From NCBI GenBank assembly GCA_963803605.1, contig CAWDNG010000012.1, positions 396,974-460,973 on the forward strand: a stretch of DNA of 64,000 nt, written 5' to 3'. Below the pieces are notes generated by a model. The model was not told the origin of the DNA. It was given only the letters and a program-made list of their open reading frames with translations, and made no database searches. This DNA comes from Terriglobia bacterium. Lineage in GTDB: Bacteria > Acidobacteriota > Terriglobia > Terriglobales > Acidobacteriaceae. Numbering within the stretch: position 1 is the stretch's first letter; every line of letters begins with the position of its first letter. Below are positions 1-7,743 of the stretch, piece after piece. The translations under genes were made by a program, and so were the position numbers.

Positions 1-643
1 CGCCGGGGTACCTGCGGTTGTACATGTAGTAGCCGTTGTCGACGTAGTCTACATAGACGTCGTCGTTGTCATACCAGTCATCTCCCCAGCTTGACGGCCA
101 GGGATCAATCGCGCTGATCCAATAGCCCTCGTACTGGAAGCGCGGGTATCCGCCTACGACCAGGAAGGGGAGGGTGTTGATGCGGAACCCATGGCTCGGC
201 CCAAAGTATCCGCGGTACCGGTCATCAGGAATGCGATAACCGTGGTAGCCGCCCCGCTGCTGCCAGTTGCGGTGGTCGGACTGCCAGTTTTGTGAGCGAT
301 GCTGCTGCCAGGCGCTCCGCTGAACTTGCTGCTGTTGCTGAGAGTGCTGCGGCTGCTGCCGGGCGCGAGCTTGCTGCTGGTTATGCTCGGCCTGCTGCTG
401 GTTATGTTGCGCCTGCTGTTGCTGGTTATGCTCGGCCTGCTGCCGATTATGTTGCGCCTGTTGTTGCTGCTTCTGCTGCGGTTTCTGAGCATGCTGCGGG
501 CTCGGTTTGCCTTGCTCGTGACCGCCCTGTTGCTGAGCATGGTCTTGCTTTTCGCCTTGCTCTTCGTGCTGAGCGTAGGCCGGAGCCGCGATTCCGAGAA
601 GCAAGGACAGAATAGCTGTGCTGGTGATTCCGACTATTTTCAT
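1..643 (-). CDS. secreted Gln/His-rich protein with conserved C-terminal RFQYxGYW..PWPxxW domain (start in window, 3' end runs off the window)
   Basis: ATG at 643-641 with GGAG 9 nt upstream (revcomp of atctcc, 651-656). My own translation reads MKIVGITSTAILSLLLGIAAPAYA (signal-like), then a Q/H-rich tract, then RIPDDRYRGYFGPSHGF..YPRFQYEGYWISAIDPWPSSWGDDWYDNDDVYVDYVD. The frame is open to position 1, so it is absent from the ORF track (no in-window stop). Paralog of 14732-15421. Confidence 0.7.
   Translation of the reverse strand, partial: MKIVGITSTAILSLLLGIAAPAYAQHEEQGEKQDHAQQQGGHEQGKPSPQHAQKPQQKQQQQAQHNRQQAEHNQQQQAQHNQQQAEHNQQQARARQQPQHSQQQQQVQRSAWQQHRSQNWQSDHRNWQQRGGYHGYRIPDDRYRGYFGPSHGFRINTLPFLVVGGYPRFQYEGYWISAIDPWPSSWGDDWYDNDDVYVDYVDNGYYMYNRRYPG
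377..466. repeat. 45-bp tandem duplication (2 units, 42/45 identical) inside the Gln-rich coding tract
   Basis: Unit 1 (377-421) is ctggttatgctcggcctgctgctggttatgttgcgcctgctgttg. Unit 2 (422-466) differs at 3 positions. On the minus strand it encodes the repeated QQAEHNQQQQAQHN module. Confidence 0.8.
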
Positions 644-679
644 ATGTGCTATCTCCGTTGCTACTGGATTGCGCTTGCT

Positions 680-2344
680 CTACTGCAAGCTTCCTGTCTG
701 CGGGTTGACCGGGTTGCCGATGGCTTCGCCGGACACGAGAAGCTCGACTCTCCGGTTCTGCTGCCGGCCGGCGGCGTTGTTGTTTGAGGCTACGGCGAGG
801 CTGTTGCCAAAACCTTTGGCCGTAACCGAATTGCTCTCGACCCCCTGTTGCACCAGGTAATCACGCACTGAGCGGGCGCGGTTTTCAGACAGAGTTTGAT
901 TCATCTGATCGCCGCCTACATTGTCGGTGTAGCCGCCGACTTCAATGTTGAGTCCGGGGTAGGCAAGCAGAATGCCGGCGACCTTCGCCAGCTTCTCCCG
1001 CGCGCCGGGCTTCAACGAGTATTTACCGGTGTCAAACAACACATCGGACATACTGACGATGAGCCCACGCGCGCTGTCGCGGGTCTGAAGGATCTTGTTC
1101 AGTTGCTCGGACAAGCGCGTGCGCATGGCCGCTTTTTCGGCTTCGGCTTGTTGCGCGCTTAACTGGGCCTGCTGTGCCGTCAGGCGGGACTGGTCCGCAT
1201 CAGCCTGGGCGGCGGAGAGGGCGGTGGCTGAAGCAGCCTGGTTGTTCGCCATATCGGATTTGGCCTGGTCGGCGGCCAACTGGGCATTAGCGGCATCGGC
1301 CTGGGCTGTTGCCGTAGCAGACTCTGCCCGCGCGGTGGCAGCCTGTGCCCGGGCTGTGTCGGACTCGGCTTGAGATCGGGCGCGCTCGGCCCGGGCCTGG
1401 TCCAACTGGGCCTGTTCTTTCTTGCGGGTCGCGTCGTCGGCCTGCAACTGGGTATTGGCCTGCGCGTCAGCCGCAGCCTGACGTTCGTTTTCCAGACGCT
1501 CCTCTTCGATCTTTTTGACCGTGATGGCGCGTGCATCTTCCGCGGTCTGCACCACCTCACGCGCAACCCCGATCATTGCCTTGCGATCCGTGTGCCTGCC
1601 GGTGGCATCGGCATCGACCTGGTCCATCAAGCGGGACGCGTGCTGATAGCTGTCACGGGCGTAGGTCTCGGCGCCCTCGGATTGCGCGATGCGCAAGGCG
1701 TTGCGCGCCTCAAAGAATTCCAGCGGCAATTTGGTATTCAGAACTACGGGATCGAACTTGTAGCCGGTGGGGATATAGCCACCGCGTTCCAGGAGTTCAT
1801 ACTTGGTGTGCATCGCCTCGGTAGTCCCCTTGGTGTCTTCGCGGACCACGTTTTCGAGCACCACCACGTTGCTGGGCTGTCGGACCGCGTAATAAGGTTC
1901 TGCGGTGACCACCAAAGCGAAAGCCTGAAGGTCTGTGGTGACATCCACCTTGCTGCGATGGTTATCGCCCACCAGGATCTCACCCAGGTTTACGGCCCGG
2001 CCCTCGGGCGAGATGGCCCAAAGAATGTAAGTCAGATACTCGTTGCCGAAAGTCGTAGGATTCTCCAGGTTGGCGAATTCTACTTCGATTTCGATGTAGC
2101 CCTTTTTGCTCTCTACCTTGGCCTCACCGCGAGCCTGGGGCATCAGGTCAGTGCCGGCAAAATCCATCTTGGTGGCGCCGCCGCGATGTTTATAGTTGAC
2201 CGCCTGAATGCTGCGGCTGACCACGGTGACCCGGAAGGTTGGAGTGTGCTCCATGGGTTCGAGGGCCATGGTTGATTGAGAATTGGTCTGAGCCAATGCG
2301 CTCAAACTGAGGGTGATTCCGAGTGCCAACAAAATAGTCTTCAT
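680..2344 (-). CDS. OmpA-family protein with long Ala/Gln-rich coiled-coil linker
   Basis: C-terminus NIEVGGYTDNVGG..NQTLSENRARSVRDYLV..NRRVELLVSG is the OmpA/MotB peptidoglycan-binding motif. I chose the internal start MKTILLALGITLSLSALAQ (signal peptide) at 2344 because GGAG lies upstream. The ORF-track start at 2485 is probably too long. Confidence 0.9.
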   Translation of the reverse strand: MKTILLALGITLSLSALAQTNSQSTMALEPMEHTPTFRVTVVSRSIQAVNYKHRGGATKMDFAGTDLMPQARGEAKVESKKGYIEIEVEFANLENPTTFGNEYLTYILWAISPEGRAVNLGEILVGDNHRSKVDVTTDLQAFALVVTAEPYYAVRQPSNVVVLENVVREDTKGTTEAMHTKYELLERGGYIPTGYKFDPVVLNTKLPLEFFEARNALRIAQSEGAETYARDSYQHASRLMDQVDADATGRHTDRKAMIGVAREVVQTAEDARAITVKKIEEERLENERQAAADAQANTQLQADDATRKKEQAQLDQARAERARSQAESDTARAQAATARAESATATAQADAANAQLAADQAKSDMANNQAASATALSAAQADADQSRLTAQQAQLSAQQAEAEKAAMRTRLSEQLNKILQTRDSARGLIVSMSDVLFDTGKYSLKPGAREKLAKVAGILLAYPGLNIEVGGYTDNVGGDQMNQTLSENRARSVRDYLVQQGVESNSVTAKGFGNSLAVASNNNAAGRQQNRRVELLVSGEAIGNPVNPQTGSLQ

Positions 2345-2432
2345 AAGATCCTCCTTGAGGCAGATACCTGCCGTGCCGCTTGGTCTGCATCGAGCGTTCC
2401 ATGGTCGGGATTGCAAGTCGCTCACATGCAGC

Positions 2433-2627
2433 TCATCCTTTCCCAACGTGGATATGGGAAAGGGAATGAAACAGTCCAAAAACATTCAACAGCCACAGAA
2501 CCACGGCGATTACCACGACACCGTTCAGGATCGACTTGATGGACGACTGCATGGGAATGAAGCGGTTCACCAGCCACAGAAGAACACCCACCACAATGAG
2601 AACTTCCAGGAGCTGAATTAACGGCAT
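2433..2627 (-). CDS. small two-helix membrane protein (resembles the Thivi_2564-type small membrane protein family)
   Basis: ATG at 2627. The 64-aa product MPLIQLLEVLIVVGVLLWLVNRFIPMQSSIKSILNGVVVIAVVLWLLNVFG.. has two hydrophobic helices. The family assignment is from memory only. Confidence 0.55.
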   Translation of the reverse strand: MPLIQLLEVLIVVGVLLWLVNRFIPMQSSIKSILNGVVVIAVVLWLLNVFGLFHSLSHIHVGKG

Positions 2628-3046
2628 GGTCTTTACCTTTCTGGTTGCGCGGGCAGCCGCCTCTCCGCCGAGGTGTGTTGCCCTAATTGTTACGTTCGAG
2701 AACCTGGGGTCGCAGGGTTTTTGGAAAGTTCCGCGGCCCACACGGAAGAAAAATGTCAAATTCGCTGGATGTTGTCGCTTCGACTTGGACTGGCCGGGAC
2801 CTGACCCGCCGCGACTAAGTCATGAGAGCTACGAATTAGGGATCGCTATCTCTACACACTCAGCAGGGTTAAGAATGACAGGTAGGCATTGTCTTGTCTG
2901 AGCAAGATAGCTCACATGCGGAACTGGAGCATTCCCCTTAGTGGCTCAGTCGCGAGGGGTTCCTCGCGCCACTCGGCACGCAGAGAATGCAGATCGGGCA
3001 CGAGTCTCTGAGTAACATAGCTCAGACGCCTTTTGCCCAGATTGGA

Positions 3047-3193
3047 TCAAATGGTTGGAGGTTCTGAACGCTCAAACTCTCGTCCACATTTGAAGCAGAC
3101 TTGGTACGTTCTCCCCTTGATGGTGAATACGCGGCTCATCTGGCGGTGACGGCAGCGGAATACGAACTCGAAGACCCAAAGCAGCGGGTTCAT
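3047..3193 (-). CDS. small Cys/His zinc-ribbon-like protein (48 aa)
   Basis: The start ATG at 3193-3191 overlaps the GH130 stop (ATGA). Product is MNPLLWVFEFVFRCRHRQMSRVFTIKGRTYQVCFKCGREFERSEPPTI, with CxH...CxxC. Support comes only from the coupling and the motif. Confidence 0.4.
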   Translation of the reverse strand: MNPLLWVFEFVFRCRHRQMSRVFTIKGRTYQVCFKCGREFERSEPPTI

Positions 3194-4194
3194 ACGTCCT
3201 GCGATCGCCTGCGGTCGCAACTTCCATTGGCATCCAGCCATTCCAGCAAAGCGCGCACGCTGGCCCGGGCCAGGGCAATTGAGCAATCAGCAGCTCCGTA
3301 ATAGATGTTAATCGTGTCGCCGTCGGGGTCCATGGTGTATCCGCACGGGAACACTACATTGTTGACGTCGCCGTTGCGCTCGTAATCTGCCTCCGGCCCA
3401 AAAATCCATGAGTCTCCGCGCAGCAGACATTTTTCTGGCTTCTCCAGATCGAAAAGCGCCAGGCCCAACCGGTACAGACAGCCCGAAGGCGTGTGCCTCA
3501 CACCGTGGTAGAGCACCAGCCATCCTCTGGAAGTCTCGATGGGCGGGGGCGACAGCCCAATCTTGTTGGCGTCCCACCAGGCGCCACGGCGGGCTTCTAA
3601 CATCAACCGGTGCCTTCCCCAATGGTGCAGATCCGGAGAATAGGAAATCCACATGTGAGACCCGAGTGGCGTCATGGGTCGATGAATCAGCGCCCAGTAT
3701 CCATCGATTCTCCTGGGCAGAAGAGCTGAGTCTTTGTCGTCCGGCGGCATGATGACACCGTAACGCTCGAAGCTGCGAAAGTCTTTGGTCAGAGCCAGAG
3801 ACACGCCCGGACCGCCCCGCGAATACGAAGTGTAGGTCACGGCATATTGCTGCAGCTCAGGGACAAATGTGATGCGCGGGTCTTCGATTCCCCAGATCTC
3901 CTCGGGAAAATCGTTGGGGCTCGGCATCAGCGTCGGCTCGTGGTCGATTTGCCATCCATCCACTCCGTTAACAGAGCGCGCAGCGCAAAAATGCGACAAG
4001 CCGCGCCGGTCTTCGATGCGGCACAGCAGTAGAGTCGTTCCATCCTGCAGCAAAGTGGCCCCGGCATTGAACACGCTGTTGATGGAGTACGGCCAATGCT
4101 TGCGGGTCAGGATGGGGTTGGCTGGGTGCCGCAGAAGCAGCGGCGGGTAATGCTGGCCTTCGACGTTGATCAAAGTGGTTTCGGGAGCGGTCAT
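3190..4194 (-). CDS. GH130-family glycoside phosphorylase/hydrolase (beta-mannoside phosphorylase-like)
   Basis: 334-aa translation with NPIL..WPY..NSVFNAGA, IEDPRITF, GWLVLYHGV, NVVFPCG and IYYGAAD blocks, typical of the 5-bladed GH130 fold. The start overlaps the upstream gene's stop (ATGA at 4191-4194). Confidence 0.85.
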   Translation of the reverse strand: MTAPETTLINVEGQHYPPLLLRHPANPILTRKHWPYSINSVFNAGATLLQDGTTLLLCRIEDRRGLSHFCAARSVNGVDGWQIDHEPTLMPSPNDFPEEIWGIEDPRITFVPELQQYAVTYTSYSRGGPGVSLALTKDFRSFERYGVIMPPDDKDSALLPRRIDGYWALIHRPMTPLGSHMWISYSPDLHHWGRHRLMLEARRGAWWDANKIGLSPPPIETSRGWLVLYHGVRHTPSGCLYRLGLALFDLEKPEKCLLRGDSWIFGPEADYERNGDVNNVVFPCGYTMDPDGDTINIYYGAADCSIALARASVRALLEWLDANGSCDRRRSQDV

Positions 4195-6587
4195 GGCCGG
4201 TCTTCCGCCTTTTCATGTTCTTGCAGAGAGCGCATTTCGAGCAGTGCCATCAGGAAAGACAGCGTGGATTCCGCACCCTGGTTCTGATTGGCGCGGTCGG
4301 GATGCAGGCCGTCCCGGCAGCCGCCGGTTTCAGCATCGTACAGGGGAAGTTGAAGATCGTTATCGCCCAGGAACCAGTTGAAGGCCGACCAAGCTTCATT
4401 GCGCCAACCTTGGTCTCCAGTCACGTGGTGGGCCTGTAAACAGGCGGATACGGCACCGGCAGCTTCGACCGGTTGTTGATCGAATCGTGCTTGTTCGCTC
4501 CCCCGGCGGTAAAACCCCTGCGAGCCGATCGGAACAAAATGTCGGTTTGTCCGGCAGTGCTGTCGGTCCATGAGCCATTCCAGAGAATCGAGCCCGGCGG
4601 AAATCATGTGCTCATTGCCATAAGCCGATCCCGCTTGCAGTAAGGCTTGGGGCAGCCTCGCGTTGCCATACGCCACCACGTCCTCGAACCACTTCCAGTC
4701 CGGACGATGGATCGAGTCATAAAAGTCGAGCAGTCTTTGAGCCAACGCGGATCGTACGCGCTGTGCGTCCCGGTCTCCGGAGTACGCATGCAGGTACTCC
4801 TGAATTCCGAGCAGGGCATAGGCGCAGGCACGCGGACTGTGAAACTCGACCACCGCGGGCAGCGAGTATTCGAACAAACGCCCGGCCGCGCCTCGCAATC
4901 CAGAATTTCGGGATCGGCCCAGAACGGTTCCCAGGGCCCACAATGCTCGACCGTGAGAATCTTCCGATCCCTGATCTTCCATCCAGCGGTGGTCGTAGCC
5001 CATGAAGTTTCGGAACCTCTTCGTCTTGGCGTTGAAGGCATGCTCGAGGAACGCCAGGTAGCGGAAAGCCCAATCCGGGTTGGCTGCTTCGGCGGCCACA
5101 GACATGGCCGCTGACTCGCTGCCCAATTGGTTTAGTAAAACGGTAAAAATGAGGGCCCGCGCATTGTCGTCGGTGGTGTATCCCTCGGCCCGGTTGGGGA
5201 CGGTGAAAATGGCGTGCTGCAGAATCCCGATGTCATCGGTCAATGCGTTTACGTGATCGAGTTTCAATGGAGGCAGCTGATCCACAGATTTCGGCGTCGC
5301 GCGGGCCGAAAACTGGACTCGGGGAGTCGCCATGCGGTCGCGGCGAACCCGGGCAAAACTCGCCATATAACCCTGCGCCGCTTTTTTCCAGACCATATCG
5401 CGCGCGAACAGGTAAGCGCGTTTGCGCATGGCATGGCGCAGGGCCGGCGTGGCCAGGAGTTCGATCGTCTTTTTTGCGATGGCGTCGGGGTCCTGGAAGG
5501 GAACCAGCGCGCCGCGACGGTCGTCCAACAATTCAATCGCATGCCAGTAAGGAGTGGAAATGATCGCTTTGCCCGCCCCCAGCGCGTAAGCCAGGGTTCC
5601 AGAGACCACTTGCGCTTCATGGCGATAGGGCGTGATGTAGATGTCAGCGGCGCCGATGAACTCCGCCATTTCCTCGGGGCTGGCAAAACGGTCGTGGAAG
5701 ATCACTTGCGATTCAACTCCCACTTCCTTTGCCAAAGCCTGAAGGCTGGCCCGATACTTGTCCCCCTCGCGACGGAGAATGTGAGGATGGGTCGCGCCCG
5801 CCACCAGGTACACCACGTTTTCGTGCTTCGACAGTATCTGAGGCATGGCCTGAATGACGTTCTCGATGCCTTTGTTCGGCGACAGCAGGCCAAAGGTGAG
5901 CAGCACCGCCTTGCCTTCGACGCCGAAGCGGTCTTTGTAGAAATTGGGGTCGAGAAAGGGCAGGTCCGGAACGCCGTGTGGAACCAGGTCGATCTTGCTG
6001 CCCGGCACCTTGAAAATTTCCTGCAGGAACTGGGACGAGAGCTGACTCATGACGATGAGCCGGTCGGAAAGCTCCACAATCTCTTCCATGACCATGAGTT
6101 GGTCGGCATCGGGCTCGCGCAGGACAGTGTGCAGAGTGGTGACCACCGGCATTTTAAGGCCGCGCAGCAGATGCAGGATATAGCTTCCGGCCGGGCCGCC
6201 GAAGATTCCATATTCGTGCTGCAGGCACACCATGTCGATATTGTGGAAGTTGAGGAATTCTGCGGCTTCCTGATACGACCTCACATCATCCTGGGCCAGG
6301 GACCATCTCACTCGGGCGGGATAGTCGTATCCCTGTTCCGTGTCGTTTACCGGCAGCGCCAAGAGCCGGGCGGTCCCATACTCCGCGGCGATGGCCTCGC
6401 ACAGGTCGGTGGTGAACGTAGCAATTCCACAATGCCTGGGCAAGTAGTTGCCGATCACTGCAATTCGACTGGGGAGCGAAGGCTTGGCAGACCAGCGGGG
6501 AGTGGCGGCAACCTCGTCTCGGGCGGCGGGACGGGGCGCGATGACCTCCAATATTCCTCTGGGAAGCGCTGTCTTTGGTAGTGACAT
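4191..6587 (-). CDS. glycosyltransferase family 4 (GT-B) fused to a C-terminal alpha/alpha-toroid-like domain of about 400 aa
   Basis: The N-terminal half has GT1/GT4 motifs (IGNYLPRHCGIATFT.., ..ADIYITPY..E..SGTLAYALGAGKAIISTP). The C-terminal half is rich in W/aromatic repeats (GRALWALG, ARLPQALL, QGAESTLSFL), resembling a glycosidase-like (alpha/alpha)6 barrel. Confidence 0.85.
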   Translation of the reverse strand: MSLPKTALPRGILEVIAPRPAARDEVAATPRWSAKPSLPSRIAVIGNYLPRHCGIATFTTDLCEAIAAEYGTARLLALPVNDTEQGYDYPARVRWSLAQDDVRSYQEAAEFLNFHNIDMVCLQHEYGIFGGPAGSYILHLLRGLKMPVVTTLHTVLREPDADQLMVMEEIVELSDRLIVMSQLSSQFLQEIFKVPGSKIDLVPHGVPDLPFLDPNFYKDRFGVEGKAVLLTFGLLSPNKGIENVIQAMPQILSKHENVVYLVAGATHPHILRREGDKYRASLQALAKEVGVESQVIFHDRFASPEEMAEFIGAADIYITPYRHEAQVVSGTLAYALGAGKAIISTPYWHAIELLDDRRGALVPFQDPDAIAKKTIELLATPALRHAMRKRAYLFARDMVWKKAAQGYMASFARVRRDRMATPRVQFSARATPKSVDQLPPLKLDHVNALTDDIGILQHAIFTVPNRAEGYTTDDNARALIFTVLLNQLGSESAAMSVAAEAANPDWAFRYLAFLEHAFNAKTKRFRNFMGYDHRWMEDQGSEDSHGRALWALGTVLGRSRNSGLRGAAGRLFEYSLPAVVEFHSPRACAYALLGIQEYLHAYSGDRDAQRVRSALAQRLLDFYDSIHRPDWKWFEDVVAYGNARLPQALLQAGSAYGNEHMISAGLDSLEWLMDRQHCRTNRHFVPIGSQGFYRRGSEQARFDQQPVEAAGAVSACLQAHHVTGDQGWRNEAWSAFNWFLGDNDLQLPLYDAETGGCRDGLHPDRANQNQGAESTLSFLMALLEMRSLQEHEKAEDRP

Positions 6588-6731
6588 TAGCCCTTCTGCT
6601 CGCCGGAAATCGCGGGGCCCGGCAAACCGCGGCAGAGTCGCTCCGCCAGGCGGACGAGGGCGCCCGTCCCGACGTAAGCTCGCTGGTAGAATTTAGCTAT
6701 TACAAGTATCGAACATCACGACGCCTAAGGA

Positions 6732-6749
6732 CTGGTCAAAATTGACCAG
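6732..6749. promoter_or_regulatory. perfect 7-bp inverted repeat CTGGTCA-aaat-TGACCAG in a divergent promoter region
   Basis: Seen directly. It lies 36 nt upstream of the pirin ATG, between divergent genes starting at 6587 (-) and 6785 (+). The binding factor is unknown. Confidence 0.3.
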
Positions 6750-6784
6750 ACATCCAAGCGAGACTCTGAATACCGGAGAAAATC

Positions 6785-7684
6785 ATGTCTATTCGTCCTG
6801 TTAAGCGGCTGGTGAAGGCCAAGCCGACTCTCGAAGGCGCGGGCGTGCACTTGCGGCGCGCGTTTGGTTTCGGCAACACCTCCGACTTCGACCCCTTCCT
6901 TTTACTGGACGACTTCCGCAACGATGTTCCCGAGGATTATCTGGCGGGCTTTCCCTGGCATCCGCATCGCGGGATCGAGACGATTACTTATGTGCTGGCC
7001 GGAACGGTGGAGCACGGCGACAGCATGGGCAACCGCGGCGCCATCGCTTCGGGCGATGTGCAGTGGATGACGGCCGGAAGCGGGATCATCCATCAGGAGA
7101 TGCCCAAAGGTGATCAGGCCGGACGCATGCATGGCTTCCAGTTGTGGGCCAACCTTCCCGCCTCGCAGAAGATGACGGCGCCGCGTTACCAGGAAATCAA
7201 GGCGCCCGAGATCCCGGAGATAAAAGACGACGACGGCACGCACGTGCGCGTGGTGTGCGGAACGTTCTGGGGGAAGACGGGCCCGGTCGAAGGAATTGCC
7301 ACCGATCCAACTTATATCGATGTGTCTGTATCCCCAGGGCGAAGGAAGACGCTGCCGGTGGAAGTCACTCGCCACGCCTTCGCATATGTGTTCGCAGGTG
7401 GCGGAAAATTCTGCAACGCGTCCGGTCCATTGACGGTTCCGACGGAAGCGGTGAAATGGTCGGACACCACGCCTCCAGTCGAGGCGGACAACCGGTCACT
7501 CGTCCTCTTTGACCGCGGCGACGAAGTTACGGTGCAGGCCGGCGATGACGGCATCCGTTTTCTGCTGGTTTCAGGAAAGCCTCTGCAAGAGCCGGTGGCA
7601 TGGTACGGGCCAATCGTGATGAACACGCAGGAGCAGCTGCGGCAGGCGTTTCAGGAACTGGAGCAAGGGACATTCCTGAAATAG
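6785..7684 (+). CDS. pirin-family bicupin protein
   Basis: GFPWHPHRGIETITYVLAGTVEHGDS..G..I..GDVQWMTAGSGIIHQEMP is the canonical pirin N-terminal cupin metal site. Confidence 0.95.
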   Translation: MSIRPVKRLVKAKPTLEGAGVHLRRAFGFGNTSDFDPFLLLDDFRNDVPEDYLAGFPWHPHRGIETITYVLAGTVEHGDSMGNRGAIASGDVQWMTAGSGIIHQEMPKGDQAGRMHGFQLWANLPASQKMTAPRYQEIKAPEIPEIKDDDGTHVRVVCGTFWGKTGPVEGIATDPTYIDVSVSPGRRKTLPVEVTRHAFAYVFAGGGKFCNASGPLTVPTEAVKWSDTTPPVEADNRSLVLFDRGDEVTVQAGDDGIRFLLVSGKPLQEPVAWYGPIVMNTQEQLRQAFQELEQGTFLK

Positions 7685-7743
7685 GGTGTAGCACTGACCA
7701 CATGGGGACTGCCGAGGGCGGCTTCCCCACATGGTCGGTGGAA

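Noticed and set aside
154-787. ORF-track ORFs 154-540 (-), 292-615 (+) and 299-787 (+) in the CTG/CAG-rich tract
   Set aside because: They are alternative-frame or opposite-strand readings of the Gln-rich repeat. The frame starting at the ATG at 643 has an RBS, a signal peptide and a paralog, and explains the region.
2900-3035. tRNA-like words (ATAGCTCA) in the intergenic region
   Set aside because: No acceptor stem, anticodon arm or T-loop (GGTTCGAATCC-type) could be assembled. I found no tRNA anywhere in the window.
5214-6581. 455-aa plus-strand ORF antisense to the glycosyltransferase
   Set aside because: A shadow ORF typical of high-GC DNA. Its Arg/Gly/Ala-rich composition has no motifs, while the minus strand carries clear GT4 motifs.
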